DNA of 11,891 bases from Promethearchaeia archaeon (lineage in GTDB: Archaea > Asgardarchaeota > Lokiarchaeia > Sigyniarchaeales > SOKP01), in contig JAHQWH010000001.1 in the NCBI GenBank assembly GCA_029856105.1, positions 1 to 11,891 of the forward strand, in the 5' to 3' direction. The notes under the pieces are model-generated. The model saw nothing but the letters and a program-made list of their open reading frames with translations, was not told the origin of the DNA and did not search any database. This document shows positions 7,155 through 11,891 of this stretch, piece by piece. Positions within the stretch are counted from its first letter, which is position 1. Each line of letters begins with the position of its first letter. Position numbers and translations under genes: made by a program.

Positions 7155-7631
7155 ATGATGTATAATAATATGGAAGATTTACCGCCTGATTACGAAAAAG
7201 ACCTAAGTATATTGGAAAACCAAATTACAGAATTATTTGCTCTTCTTGAAAAAAAAGAAATACAAGTACTTCAGCTAAAAGACGAGAACGCAGAATTAAG
7301 AGCTCGAATTCAGAATCTACAACAACAATTAAATCAACCTAAACAACAATTAAGTCCGCCTAAACAACAAATGAGTCCACCTCAGAAACAAATAAGTCCG
7401 CCTCAACATACGAACCAACAAATTGATACAATAAGAGTGCCTAATCAGCAAATACCTCTAGCAACCTCACCTAGCACTAGCATTTCTACTAATAAAAGAA
7501 AATGTCCTAAATGCGGAGCCATGGGTTTCGCCATCAAAGAAGTTAATGATAAATCGCGTTTGATTAGCTACGTGCCAAGAAGAATTTACGCGAAAAAACG
7601 CGTCTGCACTAAATGTAGGTATGAGTTTTAA
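7155..7631 (+). CDS. Coiled-coil + Q/P-rich heptad repeat + C4 zinc-ribbon protein
   Basis: 158 aa with an SD-like GTGAGGT upstream. Coiled coil at aa ~15-60, QQLSPP-type repeats, and CPKCG...CTKCRYEF at the C-terminus. Confidence 0.75.
   Translation: MMYNNMEDLPPDYEKDLSILENQITELFALLEKKEIQVLQLKDENAELRARIQNLQQQLNQPKQQLSPPKQQMSPPQKQISPPQHTNQQIDTIRVPNQQIPLATSPSTSISTNKRKCPKCGAMGFAIKEVNDKSRLISYVPRRIYAKKRVCTKCRYEF
7320..7403 (+). repeat. Intragenic 21-bp tandem repeat, 4 imperfect copies
   Basis: caacaacaattaaatcaacct / aaacaacaattaagtccgcct / aaacaacaaatgagtccacct / cagaaacaaataagtccgcct, encoding QQQLNQP KQQLSPP KQQMSPP QKQISPP. Confidence 0.9.
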
Positions 7632-7640
7632 ATCGTACAA

Positions 7641-8357
7641 TTAAATTCTGCTTTTCCACCAATAGGGAACGTTCATCGAGATAAATCGATCTTTAACAAA
7701 CAGTTTAATTTTATTTTCGGTTAAAGTGAATGCGATTCCACCTAAAAAGGGAACCCATTCCACATCAGGAGGTATTCCAAACCAGCCGAATCGTAATGCC
7801 ATTAAAAAAACATCGTGCGTTATGTGAATGTCGATTCCTCTCTCCGGAGCATTGCTGATACCGTTCCAGATAATCTCTGCCGCGTTTTGACAGTAAATTT
7901 GAAGTGGAGATATTAAATCTGGAGAATAGAAACCGACAGCCCAACGAAACATAAATCCAAGATGAGAAGCTTTCATATTAATATCTTGGAAAAATTTTGG
8001 AGCAGTTCCCGCGTAAAATAACGGCGTAAGTACCCCTTTTAACGCTCCATTTCCTCCAATCTCTTCAAATCCGGTTAAAATATCTTCTGCCGTTTCTTGA
8101 CAGCGGCCTACAGGGCTGTGATACAGCCTGATTGCTCTCTCATTAGGTAATTTTTTACCAAATATCTTAGCTACTTGATGCCCTTGAGGGGTTAACCTTA
8201 GTTCATGTAATTTCACTAATTCAGTAGGATCGTTTCTGTGGGAATGTCGCAGAATTAAAATTATCTTCGAATCTACTGGAAATTTGTTAAGAGCTTTAAC
8301 AATATTACGCGCCTGTACGGTCCATTCAGCGTTTTCCCAAATGTTTTCTTTATACAT
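7641..8357 (-). CDS. Histidine phosphatase superfamily (phosphoglycerate mutase-like) protein
   Basis: ILILRHS (RHG-motif variant), LTPQG, SPVGRCQETA, and a second His in ITHD. Confidence 0.88.
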   Translation of the reverse strand: MYKENIWENAEWTVQARNIVKALNKFPVDSKIILILRHSHRNDPTELVKLHELRLTPQGHQVAKIFGKKLPNERAIRLYHSPVGRCQETAEDILTGFEEIGGNGALKGVLTPLFYAGTAPKFFQDINMKASHLGFMFRWAVGFYSPDLISPLQIYCQNAAEIIWNGISNAPERGIDIHITHDVFLMALRFGWFGIPPDVEWVPFLGGIAFTLTENKIKLFVKDRFISMNVPYWWKSRI

Positions 8358-8511
8358 CTTGCATAAGTAAAAATTATAAAATTAAAAAAGTTATTTTTAG
8401 CAAATCCACTTTCTCGAAAAAGTAAACGTTTTTGAAGAACTTGAATTTTACTAAATTTTTTAATATATTCGAAATAACTAAATTTACTAATATTATTTAC
8501 TTACTATAAAA

Positions 8512-10110
8512 ATGAGTTTTGGGTATTTTGGCTTGGTTTTACACGGACATATCCCTTGGTGTAAAAAATCTGGAACTTGGCCTGCTGGTGAAGAGTGGCT
8601 TTTTGAAGCCATGTTAGAAACATATATTCCTATGTTGAATCTCTTAAGGGGTTTAAAGGAAAGAAATATTAAAACGGCTTTAACTATAAATATTACCCCA
8701 ATTCTAGCTGAGCTTCTTGCAGATGACTATATGAAACAACGATTTATAGAATATATGGATAGTTTAATTTCAAGAGCTAAAAATGATATTAAACGATTTG
8801 ATAGTGATCGAAAAAGAAAATATATTGCTGAATTGCACTTGCAAAATTTTGAATATGTCTTAGATACATTTTACCAAAATTATTATAGAGATATATTAGG
8901 AAGTTTCAAGTGGCTTCAAGACATAAATATGATCGAATTAATAACTTGTGGAGCAACTCATGGCTTTTTACCCTTATTTGAAAGTGATTCTGCAATATTT
9001 TCGCAAATCCAATTAGCTGTAGACACCTATAAGAAATATTTTGGTCGAGAACCAAAAGGAATCTGGCTTCCTGAATGTGCTTACCGACCTAAGGAATTTA
9101 AGGAAGGAAAAGTAAGAGAAAGTATTGATTATTGGTTGAATAATTCTGATATTCAATATTTCTTTGTAGATTCTCATGGAATCTTGGACGCTGTATTGAT
9201 CGAACAAAATAACGATATTGGTTTAAACACAAACTTTGGGTATACTTTAGAAACGGGAGTTTCTGTATTTGGTCGAAATAAAGACACAAGTAAACAAGTA
9301 TGGGATTCGAAAATAGGATATCCGGGTAATGAATATTATCGTGAATTTCATAGGAAAGATCACGAATCAGGCCTACATTATTGGAGAATTACTGATAAAA
9401 CCACAGGAAAAGAAAACAAAAAGCTCTATGAAATTGCAATAGCACAAGAAAAAGTTGAGGAGCATGCAAATCATTTTATATCAGTTTTATATAACGAATT
9501 GAAAGATTTTAAAAGTAAGTTCAATACCAAAGGGATAATTATATCTCCTTACGATTTTGAACTATATGGTCACTGGTGGATGGAGGGTATTAATTGGTTA
9601 AAAAAGACATTTGAATTAATACATAACCATGAAAAAATAGAAATGATAACTATATCTGAATACATTTCAAAATATAAAGACGAATTTTCAATAATAAGAA
9701 TGGGAGAGAGTAGTTGGGGTGAAGGAGGGCATTTTCAAGTGTGGAGTAATCCAGATCATGGATGGATTTGGCCCTATATAAATTCTTCAATTAAAGAACT
9801 TGAAAAAATATTAGAAGCGAATCCAAATCCGAATTCAAATGAATGGGAACGGAGAATATTAAAACAAGCCACGCGGGAGTTATTATTACTGGAAGGAAGT
9901 GATTGGCCGTTTCTTCTTTATACAAAACAAGCGAAAGAATACGCAAATCAAAGGTTTCACCATCACCATCAACGCTTTAACAAACTTTTATGGGCAGCAA
10001 AAAATTTTGACGAGAAAGAAAGAATTAAATTACGGGAACTTGAAGAGATCGAATCAATAGATACTTGTTTTCAAGATATTAATATTGATTACTTTAGAAA
10101 ACAATTGTAA
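8512..10110 (+). CDS. GH57 1,4-alpha-glucan branching enzyme (GH57 + DUF1957)
   Basis: LHGHIPW, GEEWLFEA..ETYIP, TCGATHGFLP, GIWLPECAY (nucleophile Glu), YREFH, PYDFELYGHWW.EG (acid/base Asp), ESSWG, RELLLLEGSDWPFL. Confidence 0.93.
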   Translation: MSFGYFGLVLHGHIPWCKKSGTWPAGEEWLFEAMLETYIPMLNLLRGLKERNIKTALTINITPILAELLADDYMKQRFIEYMDSLISRAKNDIKRFDSDRKRKYIAELHLQNFEYVLDTFYQNYYRDILGSFKWLQDINMIELITCGATHGFLPLFESDSAIFSQIQLAVDTYKKYFGREPKGIWLPECAYRPKEFKEGKVRESIDYWLNNSDIQYFFVDSHGILDAVLIEQNNDIGLNTNFGYTLETGVSVFGRNKDTSKQVWDSKIGYPGNEYYREFHRKDHESGLHYWRITDKTTGKENKKLYEIAIAQEKVEEHANHFISVLYNELKDFKSKFNTKGIIISPYDFELYGHWWMEGINWLKKTFELIHNHEKIEMITISEYISKYKDEFSIIRMGESSWGEGGHFQVWSNPDHGWIWPYINSSIKELEKILEANPNPNSNEWERRILKQATRELLLLEGSDWPFLLYTKQAKEYANQRFHHHHQRFNKLLWAAKNFDEKERIKLRELEEIESIDTCFQDINIDYFRKQL

Positions 10111-10287
10111 GTTTTTTATTATTATTATTGTACGAATAAGGGACATGTTCCAAACTTCGCATGAATAATTTTTATTAAAATGTTCTACTATTACTTAACA
10201 TTTTTAACAAAATTGATAACCTGGTTAAAAATTGGACTAATTTTGTTTTATTAGTTAATCTAATTACTATTTAGGTAGGTTTTAATA

Positions 10288-10545
10288 ATGAAAATGAGTA
10301 AAATCGAAAAAAAAATCATTAACGGTAAACGACACGCTAAGAAGAATTTAGAAGATATTGAAGAACTATTTAGAATAATCGATTTAAGTAATATCAATAA
10401 TGTTTTGGAAATTGGATGCGGTGTTGGAGTAGTATCTGAACATTTTAATAACAGTTATAATATGAATGTTATCGGAACTGATGTTGATCCAAAGCAAATT
10501 AAGATTGCTAAAACATTATTAAAATTGAGATTATTTTATAGTTAA
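10288..10545 (+). pseudogene. 3'-truncated class I SAM-dependent methyltransferase
   Basis: Motif I VLEIGCGVG and the second strand VIGTDVDPKQIKIAK are present. Similarity then stops and the ORF ends at 85 aa. I recognised no continuation in other frames. Confidence 0.75.
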
Positions 10546-10635
10546 ATAGAATTAAAGGATTTCTAGGTTGTAGCAGAGTTAAATATGCATTCCAATGAGA
10601 ACTCTAAAGATACGGTTGGTCTTTTATTTTTTCGC

Positions 10636-10665
10636 ATAAGACTTAATAGTCTTATTTCGTTTTTT
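10636..10665 (+). terminator. Hairpin plus T-tract between convergent genes
   Basis: ATAAGACT-taat-AGTCTTAT (8-bp stem, 10636-10655) followed by TTCGTTTTTT. Confidence 0.45.
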
Positions 10666-10678
10666 AATTTACTTTATC

Positions 10679-11848
10679 TTAATAATGATAATCGTCGTTT
10701 ATTGGAGCAATTGCAGAATTAGCTGCTACTAGTTTTTGGAGCATTTTAAACGCGTTGTTAGAAGTCGAAAAAGTTTTTGCATTATATTTTTCAACCAAAT
10801 CTATGAGTTCTTCGTCAAAAATTCTCACAAATATCTCAATACGTGGATACCGTAGATTAAGTTTTGAAGTTAAGTACAACGATTCGTCAAATTCTGATTC
10901 AGCTTTCCAACAAATAAATACCTGAGTCACATCATCTAATTTTACATGTTGTTGTAAATCACTTAAAAAACGAGCGAAATCATTTATAATATGTAAGTTC
11001 GGATTTACCACAAACTCAATACCATCGTGTATATCGTCAAAAAGGAATACTTCTCTCTCTGGATTCAAAGAAATGTGATGTGAAATTCGATGGGTTAAAT
11101 TATCGCGTCCAATTACAATTGCTTTTCCTGTTTTGTTTTTAGTCCATTCTTGGATGCCATCCATTGCCCATTTTGAAGTGGAGAATGGAGTTACGTTTAA
11201 AGAAGGCTGCTTAAGATATTCTCGCACATGGTCTTCAAATACTCGTACATAAATTGGGCATTTTTCGTTGACTTTACGGATTTTTTCTATGCAAATTATT
11301 ACAATTCTAACATCATCAGAATTAATAAAAATTTCCCTAGCTCGCTTTAAATTCGCAAATGCTAGGTTAGTTGTCTCAGTAGGGTCACCAACGACTACTG
11401 GATAGCCCGTGCTGATTAAATCTTCGACTAGTTCTAGATTATCCTCTATGATACAAAATGATTTTTTATTATCAACACAAAATTCAATTATCCTCTCAGA
11501 AATATGGTTAAATCCAATGATTACAACATGGTTGCGCTTGTGTTTAGCGAGAATTCTGCTGGTAATAATAGGGTTATATTTTTCCATTAATTCTCCCACG
11601 ATAAATCCAAAAACAATTACTTCTAACAAAATCGGCCACACTAAGGCGTAAAAATTAGTGAAATCCCCATCACTTACTGGACGGCGTACTGTCAAGGAGT
11701 ATAAAATGTATTCCAACAAACTGTGATTGGGCTCAATAATAATAAAAGAAGCAAAACCGCCAAACCAAAATAAAAACAGAAAAACAAACGCTAACTTGTA
11801 TTGCTTAAGTTTAAGCTCAAATTCAATGAACAAGTTTAGGATACTCAT
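10679..11848 (-). CDS. 2TM ion-channel-like protein with tandem RCK (TrkA-N) domains and a non-canonical filter
   Basis: TM1 (aa ~19-38), pore-helix-like segment, TM2 (aa ~67-87). RCK1 shows NHVVIIGF...PVVVGDPT...ANL.RA...PIYVRVF. RCK2 shows KAIVIGR...IEIFVRIFD...AKTFSTS. Confidence 0.8.
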   Translation of the reverse strand: MSILNLFIEFELKLKQYKLAFVFLFLFWFGGFASFIIIEPNHSLLEYILYSLTVRRPVSDGDFTNFYALVWPILLEVIVFGFIVGELMEKYNPIITSRILAKHKRNHVVIIGFNHISERIIEFCVDNKKSFCIIEDNLELVEDLISTGYPVVVGDPTETTNLAFANLKRAREIFINSDDVRIVIICIEKIRKVNEKCPIYVRVFEDHVREYLKQPSLNVTPFSTSKWAMDGIQEWTKNKTGKAIVIGRDNLTHRISHHISLNPEREVFLFDDIHDGIEFVVNPNLHIINDFARFLSDLQQHVKLDDVTQVFICWKAESEFDESLYLTSKLNLRYPRIEIFVRIFDEELIDLVEKYNAKTFSTSNNAFKMLQKLVAANSAIAPINDDYHY

Positions 11849-11891
11849 ATAATAAGATAAAACACTCCAATATAAAAAAGATTTGAATTGC

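Noticed and set aside
7320-7403. CRISPR array, or homology to the RNA polymerase II CTD heptad
   Set aside because: The repeats are contiguous, in frame and spacer-less. The heptad lacks the Tyr and the YSPTSPS pattern.
9013-9289. Two short minus strand ORFs
   Set aside because: Shadows inside GH57.
10564-10638. 24-codon minus strand ORF MRKNKRPTVSLEFSLECIFNSATT
   Set aside because: Short, no SD or recognisable motif, and it overlaps a terminator-like hairpin.
11409-11651. 80-aa + strand ORF
   Set aside because: Antisense shadow of the channel gene.
1-11891. Selenoprotein (UGA readthrough) or SECIS element
   Set aside because: I found no in-frame TGA at a conserved Cys position. The TGA ending the PNPOx-like gene is explained by the ATGA overlap, and I saw no convincing SECIS-like hairpin.

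Overview
AT-rich archaeal-type window, most likely from an Asgard archaeon (Lokiarchaeia/Promethearchaeota-like). This assignment is inferred from TATA-like promoters, oligo-T terminators, GAGGTGA-like ribosome-binding sites and protein families I associate with that lineage. Genes in order: 5'-truncated FTR1 iron permease; DsrE/F-like protein; HeH/Rho-N + coiled-coil + winged-helix-like protein divergent from a cold-shock protein across a perfect palindrome; a protein with a 113-aa tandem PH/GRAM-like duplication, a winged-helix-like domain and a zinc ribbon; a 3' remnant of a DUF438/PAS-type gene missed by the ORF track; a DUF3795-PNPOx-like-MarR operon with a probable operator; two coupled divergent MscS paralogues, the second probably starting at an ATA overlapping the upstream stop; a coiled-coil/heptad-repeat/zinc-ribbon protein; a histidine phosphatase; a GH57 branching enzyme; a truncated methyltransferase; and a 2TM + tandem RCK channel-like protein lacking the TVGYG filter. 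I saw no rRNA, tRNA, CRISPR array or transposase. All family calls come from motif recognition, not database searches.
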